Below, piece after piece: positions 28,879-39,596 of a stretch of 64,000 nt of DNA. Made by a program: the position numbers and the translations under genes. The stretch is taken from the IMG/VR virus record IMGVR_UViG_3300015371_000026, positions 3,392-67,391 of that record. One strand, written 5' to 3'. Position 1 is the first letter of the stretch, and every line of letters starts with the position of its first letter. The DNA is from a virus. Under the pieces are notes generated by a model. That model was not told the origin of the DNA and ran no database searches. It was given only the letters and a program-made list of their open reading frames with translations.

Positions 28879-29832
28879 ATGCCAGACCCTGACTTCACGA
28901 TCGGACAGGGCGACAGCGCGGCGGTCTTGACAGGCATCGTGCTCGACCAGCAAGAGCAGCCGGTCAACATCAACGGTGCTGCGCTGCTGCTGCGCGTCGC
29001 GCCGATCGGCGGCGGCTCGCTAATCGTCTCCGGCACGGCGCATGTCGACCAGGTTGGCGACGGCTCAGACGGCACGCGCGGAGACTGGTCGTACGAGTGG
29101 AAGACCGGCGAGACCGATGTCCCCGGGTTCTACCTAGGGCAGCTCGAAGTGACGTTCCAGGGCGGGCTGACGCAGACGTTCCCAGAGCCCGGGTTCATGC
29201 TGATCAAGATCGAGGACCAACTCCCGCTCGCGCCCGCGTACATCACGCGCGAGGAGCTGAAGCTGTCGCGCGAGATGACCGGGTACGCGTTCGAGGATCA
29301 CGAGATCGACATCGCGATCGGCGCGGCGTCGCGCGTGATCGACGACGCGACAGGTCGGCGCTACTTCGCTGACGCTGTCGCGACGAACGAGCGTCTGTAC
29401 TCGGCGCGCTCGTGGCGTCGCGTCGAGATCGACGACCTGATCGAGCTGACATCGTTGGAAGTCGACCGCGACGGCGACGGCGACTACGAGGAGGTCTGGA
29501 GCGCAGACCGCTACCTACTCAACCCAGCTAACGCACCGGCTGACGGAAAGCCGTGGGACGAGATCGCCGTGCGCACTGAGAGCGGCTGGACGTTCCCGCT
29601 CGGAGCGAATCGCATCCGCGTCACAGGGAAGTTCGGCTGGAAGGCCGTGCCGCCCGAGCTGAAGATGGCCGCGAGCATTCTCGCGCAGCGATACGTGCTT
29701 CGCCTACGGCAGGCACCGTTCGGGATCGTCTCAGCCGGGATGGAGTCTGGTGCGCTGATGCGGATCGCGCGCAACGATCCCGACGTCGCGCCGGTGCTCG
29801 ACACGTTCACTCGCAAGACCCCGTTCATCTAA
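28879..29832 (+). CDS. BppU-like domain fused to head-tail connector
   Basis: IGQGD..YEW.TGETDVPG.Y..EVTF..TFP, then YITREELK..AASRVID..TGR..FGW.AVP. Confidence 0.7.
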   Translation: MPDPDFTIGQGDSAAVLTGIVLDQQEQPVNINGAALLLRVAPIGGGSLIVSGTAHVDQVGDGSDGTRGDWSYEWKTGETDVPGFYLGQLEVTFQGGLTQTFPEPGFMLIKIEDQLPLAPAYITREELKLSREMTGYAFEDHEIDIAIGAASRVIDDATGRRYFADAVATNERLYSARSWRRVEIDDLIELTSLEVDRDGDGDYEEVWSADRYLLNPANAPADGKPWDEIAVRTESGWTFPLGANRIRVTGKFGWKAVPPELKMAASILAQRYVLRLRQAPFGIVSAGMESGALMRIARNDPDVAPVLDTFTRKTPFI

Positions 29833-30243
29833 ATGGCAGACATGGAAGCAATCGCGAAGGCGCTCGCCGCGAATCTCTCGACGGCGACCGGCGTTCAGGT
29901 CACGCCGTACGTGCTGACTAACCCAGGCTCGCCGACGTCGCACGTGTTCCCGAGTGCGATCGAGTACGACCTGGCCGGGTCGCGCGGTCTCGACCGCTGG
30001 ATCTTCACCTGCCAGGTGATGATCGGTCTTGCGAGCGACATCGGCGCGCAGCTGACGCTGTACAAATATCTGTCAGAAGAACGCTCAGTGAAGACAGCGG
30101 TCGAATCTGATCCGCAGCTGGGCGGGAGAGTTGCTGATCTGCGCGTCACACGCTGCGGCGGCGTTCAGTTCCTGACAGTCGAAGGTCGCGGTCCGTACGT
30201 TGCCGCGGAATGGTCCATCGAGGTCTACGTACCGGGCGCGTAG
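29833..30243 (+). CDS. Tail terminator/completion protein
   Basis: Position; SVKTAVESDPQLGG.V. Confidence 0.65.
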   Translation: MADMEAIAKALAANLSTATGVQVTPYVLTNPGSPTSHVFPSAIEYDLAGSRGLDRWIFTCQVMIGLASDIGAQLTLYKYLSEERSVKTAVESDPQLGGRVADLRVTRCGGVQFLTVEGRGPYVAAEWSIEVYVPGA

Positions 30244-30261
30244 TCAGAAGGGAAGGAGCAC

Positions 30262-30681
30262 ATGCCCTACAACCCGTTCGTGATCCGCAACCCGGCGATC
30301 AAGATCAACAGCGTTGATCTCAGCAGCTGGGTCGGAGAGGTCGCAGTCGACATGACTGCCGACGACGTCGACGTGACGGCGTCAGGTGCCGGAGGCAAGC
30401 AGCGTCTCCTCGGTATCCGCGACGACTCGTTCAAGCTCACTGTCTTCTCCGACTTCGGAGCAGGCGCGATCGACCAGACACTCTGGCCGCTGTTCAACGG
30501 TGGCTCGCTGTTCCTGGTCGAGGTGTGGGCATCGGGCACCGTCTCGTCGACGCTCAACCCGAAGTACAGCGGAACCTGCATCCTGACCAATTACTCGCCG
30601 ATCTCGGGCGCGATCGGCGACGCCGCAAAGACCGACATCACTCTGCCGGTTCAGGGCGTTATCGCACGCGCCACTACATGA
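30262..30681 (+). CDS. Major tail tube protein
   Basis: INSVDLS, DVTA.G, NPKYSG, G.IGD; AAGGAG RBS. Confidence 0.75.
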   Translation: MPYNPFVIRNPAIKINSVDLSSWVGEVAVDMTADDVDVTASGAGGKQRLLGIRDDSFKLTVFSDFGAGAIDQTLWPLFNGGSLFLVEVWASGTVSSTLNPKYSGTCILTNYSPISGAIGDAAKTDITLPVQGVIARATT

Positions 30682-31192
30682 GCATCAAGATCGACGGGAT
30701 CCCGGGTCTGGACGGCGAGTACCCGCTGGATCTGTCGACGCTCAAGAACAAGGACTTCCGTCGCGTCAAGCAGATGACGGGAGTCCGCGCGATGGAGATG
30801 GAAGAGGCGCTAGAGCACGGCGACAACGATGTGCTCGTCGCGTTCGCTGCCATCGCACTGGAGCGCTCGGGTACGCGCTTCCTCGAAGAACAGCTCTGGG
30901 AGGGTCCGATCGGTTCATGCACGTTCGTCGAAGACGTACAGCCGGAGGTGCGCGAACCCGAGGACCCTACCCCGAGCGAACAGCCGCCCTTGAACGAGCC
31001 AGACGAAGGCACTTCTGGCGGAACTGGCGAGCAACCTGGGGGCGATACCCCTCAGACGTAGACGCCGAGTGGTTCTGGTACGCGATGGTCGGGCACGTTT
31101 GCGGACTAGGACCACTCGATCTACGCGAGCTAACACCGGCGCAGATGATGAGCTGTGCAGAGCTAATCGAGGAGGCCACGCGTAGGAGATGA
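30678..31192 (+). CDS. Tail assembly chaperone pair (30678-31061 plus a -1 frame extension to 31192)
   Basis: Lies between tube and tape measure; overlapping -1 frame ORF ending LRELTPAQMM; probable shift near GACCCTAC at about 30964. Confidence 0.6.
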
Positions 31193-31596
31193 ACTTCAGA
31201 GTGTTCACACGCGGCTTCGGTTCCACAGCTCGCGCGTTCGCGAAGGTCGAGATCACTGTCGACCCGCTGCTGTCGCGCGAGCTACGTATCGCCGCCGAAC
31301 CTGTGAAGGAGGCGGTGAAGCAGAAGGCGATGCAGTGGGGCCAGGCTGGCGCGACACAGTCGCAGACCGCTCGTGGCGTACGTGTCTCGCGACACGGGTT
31401 GGAGGTACGTGTCGAGCAGGCCGGGCCGAAGTCGAGCAACGTACCGCTGCGCCGACCGAACTACGGCGGCGTCCAGATGCGCCACTTCTTCATGCCTGCG
31501 CTGGAGGAGCATCAGGACGAAGTCGTGCAGGGAGTCGAGCTGATCATCGACGGTCTGATCGCCGAGTCGATGGCGCTCGGGCTAACGAAAGACTGA
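31189..31596 (+). CDS. HK97 gp10-like neck protein
   Basis: HFFMPALEE C-terminal motif. Confidence 0.55.
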   Translation: MNFRVFTRGFGSTARAFAKVEITVDPLLSRELRIAAEPVKEAVKQKAMQWGQAGATQSQTARGVRVSRHGLEVRVEQAGPKSSNVPLRRPNYGGVQMRHFFMPALEEHQDEVVQGVELIIDGLIAESMALGLTKD

Positions 31597-31597
31597 C

Positions 31598-34500
31598 ATG
31601 GCCGTAAAGACCATCTTCGTCAACATTCTCGCGAACGCCAACCAGTTTAAACGTGAGCTGCGCGGCGCCGTCATCGCGACGAACGAGGCGAACATCGGTC
31701 TCAAGCGGTACGGCAAGGCAGCTGGTGTCGCCGGGGTCGCGCTCGGCGCCGGTCTGGTCGTCGGTCTGGAGAAGTCCGCGAAGGCCGCGATGGTTGCGCA
31801 GGAGCAGACCGCTCGACTCGACCAGGCGTTTCGTCGCTCGCATGTCGCGATGTCTGACTTTACGGGCCAGATCGACAAGGCCGAGAAGTCGTCGCGCAAC
31901 CTGGGCTTCACGAACGCTGCTGTACGCAACTCGCTCGGCTCGCTTGTGATCGCGACTCACAGCGGCAGGAAGGCGATCGCTGATCTGTCGGTGGCAGAAG
32001 ATCTCGCGCGCTTCAAGCACGTCGATCTCGCGACTGCGACGAAGTCTCTGACGATGGCGATGGCCGGGTCGCAGCGCGCGCTCAAGCAGCTCGGCATCAA
32101 CGTCCCGAAGGTGACGACCGCGCAGGACGCGGCACGCAAGGCGTACGACGCGGCGCGCGAGGCGATCAAACGCCACTACGACGGGATGGGCAAGCTGACG
32201 GAGGCGCAGAAGGAGCAGCGCCAGAAGGCGCTCGATCTGGCCAAGTCGAAGTACGACGGCGCGAAGGCTGACGCGAAGGTCACCGACTCGCAGTCGACCG
32301 CAGCGAAGGTGATCGCGAAGGTGCGCGACCTGATGCACGGACAGGCGGAGGCATACTCGAAGACAGCGGGCGGCGCGATGGAGAAGTACCGCGCGCAGAT
32401 GGACAACCTGAAAGAGGTGATGGGCAAGGCGGTGCTACCGGCTATATCGGCGATCGCTGGTGCTCTCGCGAAGTTCTTGGGTGTGCTCTCTGATCACCCG
32501 ACGCTGCTGAAGGCGCTCGCGCTCGGACTCGGGATCATGGCGGTCGCGATGATGGCGGCGGGCGCTGCGTCGTTCTTCGCGTCGTCTGCGTTGTTCACGA
32601 CAACGATCGCCGTCGGCGCGCTTGAAGTCTCGCTGCTCCCGCTCGTCGCAGCGTTCGCTGTCGTCGCAGCTGCCGTCTACCTCGGGATCAAGTACTGGCC
32701 GCAGATCAAGGACGCGATGGAAGCTGTGTGGCAGTGGATCAAGAGCACGTTCGTCCCGATCTGGGAGACGCTGCGCGACGCGGCGGTTACAGCGTGGGAG
32801 AAGATCAAGAACGCGCTCGTCACTACGTGGGAGGCGATCAAGACAGCTGCGACGGTCGCGTGGGAGGCGATCAAGACGGTGATCACCACTGTCTGGAACT
32901 CGATCGTCTGGGTCTTCGAGCACCTGACGATCGCCGGTCTGATCCTGTCCCACTGGAACCAGATCAAGACGTTCACTGTCGACGTCTTCAACGCCATCGT
33001 CGGGTTCTTCAGTGCGCTACCCGGTCGTATCGCCGACGCGTTCGTCACCGCGTGGGAGGCGGTGAAGGGGAGACTGAGCGGCGCGTTCGACTGGCTGAAG
33101 ACGCACGCCGGTCAGGTCATTAGCGGTGTCGTCGGCACGTTCACGTCTCTGCCTGGAAAGATCGGCGACGCGATCGGCGGTGCCATGCACTTTCTGAAGG
33201 AAAAGATCGAGTCACTGTTCGCCTGGAAGACGGTCGTCGGCTGGGTCGAGCACGCACTCGGCTTCTCTGAGCACTCCGAGTTCTTCGGTGACATCGGTAT
33301 GAAGATCGTGCGAAGCATCGCGCGTGGTGTCGGTGAGGCGAAGGACCTACTCGTGAACGCGATCGAGAAGATCGCTGGGAGTCTCAACCCGTTCAGCGGA
33401 GGGTTGCAGGGCGGCGGCGTGAGCGGGAAGGGCGGCACCGGTGTTCCTACGGGCGGCGGCTCTACTCTTCCGCTGCTGCTGTCGTGGGCAAAGCAGGAGG
33501 GCATCGCTGTTACCTCGACGACGTCGGGTAACCACGTGAAGGGCAGCTTCCACTATCAGGGACGGGCGATCGACGTATCTGGATCAGCGCCGATGATGGC
33601 GAAGTTCTTCCTCGACACGATCAAGCGGTTCGGCGTCGGCAGGATCAAAGAGTTGTTCTACGACCCAATGGGCTACTTCGTCGACAACGGTCGAGCTGTG
33701 AGGGGCGCCATCGGCGGGCACTCTGACCACGTCCATCTCGCGCTCGCCGCTGGTGGGATCGCGAACAAAGCGACGATGGCGCTGATCGGCGAGGCTGGCC
33801 CTGAGGCGGTTGTCCCGCTGCGACGCTGGGAGCAGGGCTGGCAGGAGGTCAAGCAGTCGCAGGACGACGGCTGGCGACAGCTGAGCAAGTCATACGCAGA
33901 CGGCGAGGCCGAGGCGCGCGAGCGCGACGTGCGTAACGCAGCGCAGTCTGAGACGCAGACGCGGGTCACGCAAGAGCAGCTAGCAGACATGATCGCGAAC
34001 ATTCAGGCGCTCCCGCCGGGGTTCAACGAGGCGCTCGGGATCTTCGGCATGACCCAGCAGGTGAACGACGAGACGAATACGACGAGCGTCACCGACTCTG
34101 TCGACACCGCGTCTGTCGAGTCGTCGAGTTGGCTCTCGAAGATCTTCGACGCTGTACAGCCGCTGAACGACTCGCTCAAGAACATCGCCGATATTCTGTC
34201 GAATAGAGGCGGCGGCGGCGGCGGCAGCGGCGGCGGCGGCAGCGGCAGAGGCGGCGGCGGCGGCGGCGACGGCGGCGGCAGCGGCGGAGCCGGACAGTTC
34301 ACTCAGATCTACCCAGAGGACGCCGGGTTCGTTCAGGTCGGCGGCGGCGTCGGCGACACCGGCTTGTTCGGCGGCGGCGGTGCTAAGACGTCGGGCGTCT
34401 CCTCTGCGCTCGCCGCGCTCGGTACGCTCTCGCCTCCGCACGGGATGCACCGCGACGGCCCGTTCTGGTATTCGGTCGAAGGGTCGAAGGGAATGCCCGC

Positions 34501-34864
34501 GCCGCTGATCCCGAATATCTCGAACTGGCTCAAGCAGTACACCGGGCGCGGACTTTCACCAGCGCAAGCGATCGGGATCAACAAGTGGTGGCCCGCGCAC
34601 TACCCGCAGATCGTCAAGGGCATGGCGCGCGGCGGCGTCTTCACGAAGCCGTGGGCGGGAATGATGAGCGTCGCTGAGCGCGGGCCAGAGGGCTTCGTCC
34701 CGCTCGGTCGCGGCGACAGTCTCGGCGGCGAGGTGCACATCCATCTACACGGCGGCACGTACATCGGCGGCAGGCCGGAGCAGATCGCGCGCGACCTAGA
34801 GGGCCCGCTGCGGCAGGCGCTCTACCGCACGAAGAACAACAACGGGTCGCTGGAGTTCGGCTAG
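31598..34864 (+). CDS. Tape measure protein with a putative Zn-peptidase-like cell-wall domain
   Basis: Ala-rich helices, 11-aa W repeats, H..GSFHYQGRAID..GGHSDHVH. Confidence 0.88.
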   Translation: MAVKTIFVNILANANQFKRELRGAVIATNEANIGLKRYGKAAGVAGVALGAGLVVGLEKSAKAAMVAQEQTARLDQAFRRSHVAMSDFTGQIDKAEKSSRNLGFTNAAVRNSLGSLVIATHSGRKAIADLSVAEDLARFKHVDLATATKSLTMAMAGSQRALKQLGINVPKVTTAQDAARKAYDAAREAIKRHYDGMGKLTEAQKEQRQKALDLAKSKYDGAKADAKVTDSQSTAAKVIAKVRDLMHGQAEAYSKTAGGAMEKYRAQMDNLKEVMGKAVLPAISAIAGALAKFLGVLSDHPTLLKALALGLGIMAVAMMAAGAASFFASSALFTTTIAVGALEVSLLPLVAAFAVVAAAVYLGIKYWPQIKDAMEAVWQWIKSTFVPIWETLRDAAVTAWEKIKNALVTTWEAIKTAATVAWEAIKTVITTVWNSIVWVFEHLTIAGLILSHWNQIKTFTVDVFNAIVGFFSALPGRIADAFVTAWEAVKGRLSGAFDWLKTHAGQVISGVVGTFTSLPGKIGDAIGGAMHFLKEKIESLFAWKTVVGWVEHALGFSEHSEFFGDIGMKIVRSIARGVGEAKDLLVNAIEKIAGSLNPFSGGLQGGGVSGKGGTGVPTGGGSTLPLLLSWAKQEGIAVTSTTSGNHVKGSFHYQGRAIDVSGSAPMMAKFFLDTIKRFGVGRIKELFYDPMGYFVDNGRAVRGAIGGHSDHVHLALAAGGIANKATMALIGEAGPEAVVPLRRWEQGWQEVKQSQDDGWRQLSKSYADGEAEARERDVRNAAQSETQTRVTQEQLADMIANIQALPPGFNEALGIFGMTQQVNDETNTTSVTDSVDTASVESSSWLSKIFDAVQPLNDSLKNIADILSNRGGGGGGSGGGGSGRGGGGGGDGGGSGGAGQFTQIYPEDAGFVQVGGGVGDTGLFGGGGAKTSGVSSALAALGTLSPPHGMHRDGPFWYSVEGSKGMPAPLIPNISNWLKQYTGRGLSPAQAIGINKWWPAHYPQIVKGMARGGVFTKPWAGMMSVAERGPEGFVPLGRGDSLGGEVHIHLHGGTYIGGRPEQIARDLEGPLRQALYRTKNNNGSLEFG

Positions 34865-37429
34865 ATGACGACGTTCCAGAAGGCCAACGCTGGTCTTCTG
34901 GTGCGGGGCGGTGCGGGCGCATGGATGACGCCGCCGAAGTGGTCGGGCCGCGCGGGCATGGCGCAGCTGATCAGCGAGGTCGACTGGCTCGGCAACCCGA
35001 CGGCTCCGTATCGCGACCAGGTGCAGTACGCCGACGGCTGTACGAGCTACTGGCGCTTCGCGTCTGAGTCGCAGTTTCCAGACGAGCAGGGCATAGGAAC
35101 GGGCACGATCAACGGCGGGACGCGCGTCAATCCCGGATTACTCCCGTACGATCCCGACCCGGCGCTGACGTTCAACGGCAGTAGCCAGTACGCGAACGTC
35201 GTCGGCCCGTACAACCAGGCGGGCTCATGGTCTGTCATGGGCTGGCTGCGCTTCGCGTCGCTTCCCGGTGCGCTCAAGCCGATCTTCGCCAAGGACGCGT
35301 ACAAGCTGGAGATCGACTCGGGCGGACACCTGGTGTTCACCGTGATCAACCACGTATCGGGCGGCTCGACGATGACGCAGGTGACGAGTCATACGGTGCT
35401 GACCGCGAACACGATCTACCACGTCGCCTGTACCCATGTGTCCGGGGTCGGGATCAATCTCTACATCAACGGCGTGCTCGACAACACCGCCGCACATACG
35501 ATCGGGGCGGAGTTGTGGGGGTTGCCGCTGCTGTTCGGCGCTCGCCACTCCGGCACCTCTCCGTCGTTCGGAACGGTTGGCACCTCCACGATAGGCGGCT
35601 CGACCGCCTACACGATCACCGCGCCAGCGAGCATCGCCAGCGGCGACCTGCTCGTGGCGTACCTGTTCGGAGCGCCAGGTGCGGGGCAAGCGCTGGTGAC
35701 TGCTGTACCGGCAGGCTGGATCCGGCTCGACTCGTCGATCAATGTGCTCGGCACTGGTGAGTTCAACGAGCTGTACTACAAGATCGCCGGAGCGGGTGAC
35801 GTAGGTGCGGGGTCGTACACGTGGACGACGAACATCAACGTGTTCGGCAGCGGGAGCATCACGCGATTCACCGGCGTGGACACGACCAGCCCCTTCGCCA
35901 ATCCTCCCTACGCGCTCGTTAGCAACGTGACGAACCACTCCGGCGGGACGAACGTCCCTCTGTGCGACGATACGCTCGCTGTCGCATACATCGGGGCTAG
36001 CAGCGGGGCGTTCTCATCGAGCATCGGCACAGAACGCTATGACTTCTCTGGGCAGGGCAACTACGCGATGTACACGCTGGCTGTGGGTGCGGCGGCGACA
36101 ACGGAGTTTGTGATCAGCGGTGCCGGTCCGGCTAACGACATCGTCCGCACCCTGTTCCTGAAGGGCCCCGACGCTCAAGACTTCAACGCTGTCACGCTCG
36201 ACGAGTGGTCGTTCCACACGATCGCGCTTAGCGCAGACGGCGTGCGCGGCTACTACGAGGCGAGGCTCTCGGGTGTCGCTCGCTGGGAGGAGCTGCTGCA
36301 CAACAACCTCCCCGACGTGCGCACGCTCCAGTTCCAGTACGGGCGACAGTACGAGCTGAACAGGATGGAAGGCGGAGGCGGGAGCGCGCCGATCAAGAAC
36401 CAGACGCGCGACTACGACCCAGCGAACACCAACTCTGCGCACTACCCGTACGTCAAGCCGAACCGCAAGATCCGCTTCCGCGCCTACTACAGCGGGCGCT
36501 ACTACCCGCTGTTCCAGGGACTCGTCGAGCGCTGGCCGTCGAGCTGGGATCAGCCCTCGTACGACGAGATGAAGGTCACGCTAGCGGACGGTTTCAGACA
36601 GCTCCAACGCGCGGGCGTCTCGGGTCAGCTCAGCGCAGCACAGAGCGGCGCGCAGATCAACGAGCTGCTCCGACGCGCGCTCTGGTCGCAGAGCAACCGC
36701 GCCATTGACCCGGGCTTCTACACGATGGCCGCCGACACGTCGCCCGGCATCGCTGAGGCGAAAGGGCTGATCGAAGACATCGCCGACTCCGAGCTGGGGA
36801 TCTTCTTCATCGACCACACGCAGCCGGGGTCGCCCGCGACCCACCACGACAGTCGACACCGCTGGACTGTGTCGCGCAGCTCAGTCGCGCAGGCGACGTT
36901 CGCAGACGACGGGAGCGGCATCTACTTCCAGCAGCTCGACCCGTCCGACGACGACGACAACATGGCGAACGAGTGGCAGGTCACGTCCGCGAACGGTACG
37001 CTCGGGTCCGCGGTCGATCCCGTCTCTCGCGTCGAGAACTACCCCGTAACCAAGACGCGCTCGACACGGTTGGACAACCCGCTCGACGCAGAGGCGCAGG
37101 CGCGAGCGCTACTGCTCGACACCGCGCGCCCGATGCTGCGCTTCGACAAACTCGTCGTGCGCATGGGCGGGAATACCGCAGCGATCGTCTGGCAAACATG
37201 CCTGTCCCTCGCGATCAGCGACCTCGTGCTCGTCGTCAAGTCGCCTGTGCCGTCCGCTGGCGGGTCGACGATCACGCGCTACTGCTTCATCGAGGGCATC
37301 GGCTGGGACATCCAGCCGAACTACTGGGAGGTCAGCTACCAGCTCTCGCCGCAGGGGACGCTGCCGTTCATCGACGCGGCGCTGCTACTCGAACCCGTCT
37401 CGTACTGGCGGTTCGACACCACCACCTAG
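34865..37429 (+). CDS. Minor tail protein with inserted LamG and beta-sandwich domains
   Basis: SYWRF, WSVMGW, YHVA, LYING; GRQYELNR, DSELG.FFID. Confidence 0.75.
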   Translation: MTTFQKANAGLLVRGGAGAWMTPPKWSGRAGMAQLISEVDWLGNPTAPYRDQVQYADGCTSYWRFASESQFPDEQGIGTGTINGGTRVNPGLLPYDPDPALTFNGSSQYANVVGPYNQAGSWSVMGWLRFASLPGALKPIFAKDAYKLEIDSGGHLVFTVINHVSGGSTMTQVTSHTVLTANTIYHVACTHVSGVGINLYINGVLDNTAAHTIGAELWGLPLLFGARHSGTSPSFGTVGTSTIGGSTAYTITAPASIASGDLLVAYLFGAPGAGQALVTAVPAGWIRLDSSINVLGTGEFNELYYKIAGAGDVGAGSYTWTTNINVFGSGSITRFTGVDTTSPFANPPYALVSNVTNHSGGTNVPLCDDTLAVAYIGASSGAFSSSIGTERYDFSGQGNYAMYTLAVGAAATTEFVISGAGPANDIVRTLFLKGPDAQDFNAVTLDEWSFHTIALSADGVRGYYEARLSGVARWEELLHNNLPDVRTLQFQYGRQYELNRMEGGGGSAPIKNQTRDYDPANTNSAHYPYVKPNRKIRFRAYYSGRYYPLFQGLVERWPSSWDQPSYDEMKVTLADGFRQLQRAGVSGQLSAAQSGAQINELLRRALWSQSNRAIDPGFYTMAADTSPGIAEAKGLIEDIADSELGIFFIDHTQPGSPATHHDSRHRWTVSRSSVAQATFADDGSGIYFQQLDPSDDDDNMANEWQVTSANGTLGSAVDPVSRVENYPVTKTRSTRLDNPLDAEAQARALLLDTARPMLRFDKLVVRMGGNTAAIVWQTCLSLAISDLVLVVKSPVPSAGGSTITRYCFIEGIGWDIQPNYWEVSYQLSPQGTLPFIDAALLLEPVSYWRFDTTT

Positions 37430-38602
37430 ATGGACGACGTACTTAGAAGAAACCCAGCCGTAGTGACCGGCAGCCCGTCGCTGCAGACCGGCCCGCTGAC
37501 GCTCCCGTCGCAGGGGCTTCGGCTCGCTGGGACAGACACGTGGGTGGTCGCCGACTCTCCGTCGTCGTCGCTCCCTGTCGGAGACGGAGTCGCGGGCGGC
37601 ATGACGATCGCGGGATGGGTGCGCGTCACCTCCTGGCCCGCGTCGCTCAAGAACCTGCTCGCGAAGTCTGGCAGCTACGGGGTTGCGATGACGACAGCCG
37701 GGAAGATCGAGCTGACGTTCGCGAACGGAGCGAACTCGGTGACGCTCGATTCGCTCGCCGTGCTCCAGACGAACGTCTGGTACCACGTCGCGTGCGTCTA
37801 CAACGGCGGCTATCTCGGGCCTCCCAAGTTCGGGAAGACAGTCGCGGGCGCAGGTGGCATCGGTATCCCCGGCGACTACCGAGCTGGCGCAGCGCAGGGG
37901 AGCGCCAACAACCTGCAGGTGTGCAGGTTCCAGGCCCTAGAGCGCGGCCAGGTGACGCAGCTCTCGCTGCGCCTGTCGATCGAGGCGAGCGCGCCGTACG
38001 CGCAGGACGTCGCGGCGGTCGCCTACGCAGACGCGGCTGGTCCCGCGCCGGGAGCGAAGCTCGCGCAGTCAGACGGGCAGTACCTCGTCTCGACGACGTT
38101 CGGCGGACCGATCCCGCTCAACAACGTCGGCTCAGTCTGGGTCGTCTTCCCCGTCGACTTTCTAATCGCGCAGGGCATCTACTACTGGCTCGGGTTCGCG
38201 GGCGGCGCGATCCACGCGAGCGACACCACCGTGCTGATCATCAGCGACGACGCCACGGGCGGCACGCGCAAGATCAAGCACTCCCAGGTGAGCGTCGGCG
38301 CGACGGGCCCGGCGTCGCAGGCTGTCGCAGATCCGTTCGGGACAGCGGCGAGCAGTGACGCTGTCAACTTCGACGTCTTCGCTGACTACACGCCGACGGG
38401 CCGTACCGGCGCTGAGCAGCTCGCGCTGATCTACATCAACGGCGCGCTCGACAACTCGACGAGCTACGGGCACGGGATCGCAGATAGCGCGAACGCGCTG
38501 CAGCACGCCTCCGGCGACGCGGCCTGCGACCTCAAGGACTGGATGATCTGGGACAGGCCGCTCGCGCCGAACGAGATCGCGCGCCTGTACGCGTGCCGCT
38601 GA
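37430..38602 (+). CDS. LamG-domain tail protein (domain begins in the upstream ORF)
   Basis: TIAGWV, WYHVACVYNG, IYINGALD, IWDRPL...EI..LY. Confidence 0.7.
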   Translation: MDDVLRRNPAVVTGSPSLQTGPLTLPSQGLRLAGTDTWVVADSPSSSLPVGDGVAGGMTIAGWVRVTSWPASLKNLLAKSGSYGVAMTTAGKIELTFANGANSVTLDSLAVLQTNVWYHVACVYNGGYLGPPKFGKTVAGAGGIGIPGDYRAGAAQGSANNLQVCRFQALERGQVTQLSLRLSIEASAPYAQDVAAVAYADAAGPAPGAKLAQSDGQYLVSTTFGGPIPLNNVGSVWVVFPVDFLIAQGIYYWLGFAGGAIHASDTTVLIISDDATGGTRKIKHSQVSVGATGPASQAVADPFGTAASSDAVNFDVFADYTPTGRTGAEQLALIYINGALDNSTSYGHGIADSANALQHASGDAACDLKDWMIWDRPLAPNEIARLYACR

Positions 38603-38843
38603 TGCAGAGGCTTCGCTTCCAGCCGGTCAGCGACGCACAGCGCGTAGAGGAGCAGGAGCGCTTAGAGGCGTGCGAGCGTATGCGTGGGCGGATCGACGAC
38701 CTGCTCGCCGCCGCGGACCTGATCGACTCGGGCATAGCTACAGCGCAGCAGCAGCGAGACGCGCTCGTGATGTCGCTGCGCGGTGTCGCGCACATGGCCC
38801 GCTACCTGCTCGGCCAGTACGCCGACTATTGAGAGGAGCCACG

Positions 38844-39593
38844 TTGCGTCGACTTTCGCTAACCACTCCACACATGCACGGACCCGACGTGCTCGCGCTC
38901 CAGCACCTGCTAGAGCAGCGCGGCTACCTCGCGGCGAATCTCGACGACGGGGAGTACGGCCCCGTCACTGCGCAGGCCGTTTATCGCGCCAAGTACTGGC
39001 TCGGCTATCGCAGCCCCGACCACTCGGCTGGACCGATGCTCGTCTCGTACCTGAAGCGTGAGCGCAAGCCGACGCTGCTGATGGCTCGACGCACGCTGCT
39101 GCGCAGGCGGAAGCGAAAAGACAAGCCGCTGCGCCTGAAGGCGCTCTCGCGGCTGAAGACGCACATCGGGGAGAAGGAGCACCCGCCGGGTTCTAACCGT
39201 ATGCCTTGGGCGACGGGATGGTACGGACTCGTCGGGCCCTGGTGCGCGATGGCGGTCAGCCACGCGTACGTCGAGGCTGGCTCGAAGGCCTTTCGGCAGG
39301 GACGTCGATACGCCTACGTGCCGTACATCGTCGAAGACGCGCGAGCTGGTCGCAACAACCTCGCGCTCACGCATCTACCTATGCCCGGCGACATCGTCTG
39401 TTACGACTGGGACGGCGATCACCGCGCTGACCACACCGGGCTGTTCGACGGCTGGATCGCCGGAGCGGAGGGTTCAGAGTTCAACGCCATCGAGGCGAAC
39501 ACCGGCGTAGGAAACGACAGCAACGGAGGAGAAGTTATGAGCAGGCAGCGCAAGATCAGTCAGGTGCAAGCGTTCGTTCACGTGGGAGCGTAG
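38844..39593 (+). CDS. Endolysin: peptidoglycan-binding domain + CHAP
   Basis: GPDVLALQ..DGEYGP.T; PWCAMAVS, PGDIV, DHTG, IEANT; TTG start with GAGGAG. Confidence 0.85.
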   Translation: MRRLSLTTPHMHGPDVLALQHLLEQRGYLAANLDDGEYGPVTAQAVYRAKYWLGYRSPDHSAGPMLVSYLKRERKPTLLMARRTLLRRRKRKDKPLRLKALSRLKTHIGEKEHPPGSNRMPWATGWYGLVGPWCAMAVSHAYVEAGSKAFRQGRRYAYVPYIVEDARAGRNNLALTHLPMPGDIVCYDWDGDHRADHTGLFDGWIAGAEGSEFNAIEANTGVGNDSNGGEVMSRQRKISQVQAFVHVGA

Positions 39594-39596
39594 GCC

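Noticed and set aside
34208-34290. GGC microsatellite as a phase-variation tract
   Set aside because: In-frame poly-Gly linker of the tape measure protein
7119-39593. Genome-wide TAG reassignment (code 15)
   Set aside because: TAG ends genes at expected C-termini (capsid TAG-TAA, tape measure, endolysin), long genes are otherwise intact, and no suppressor tRNA is seen
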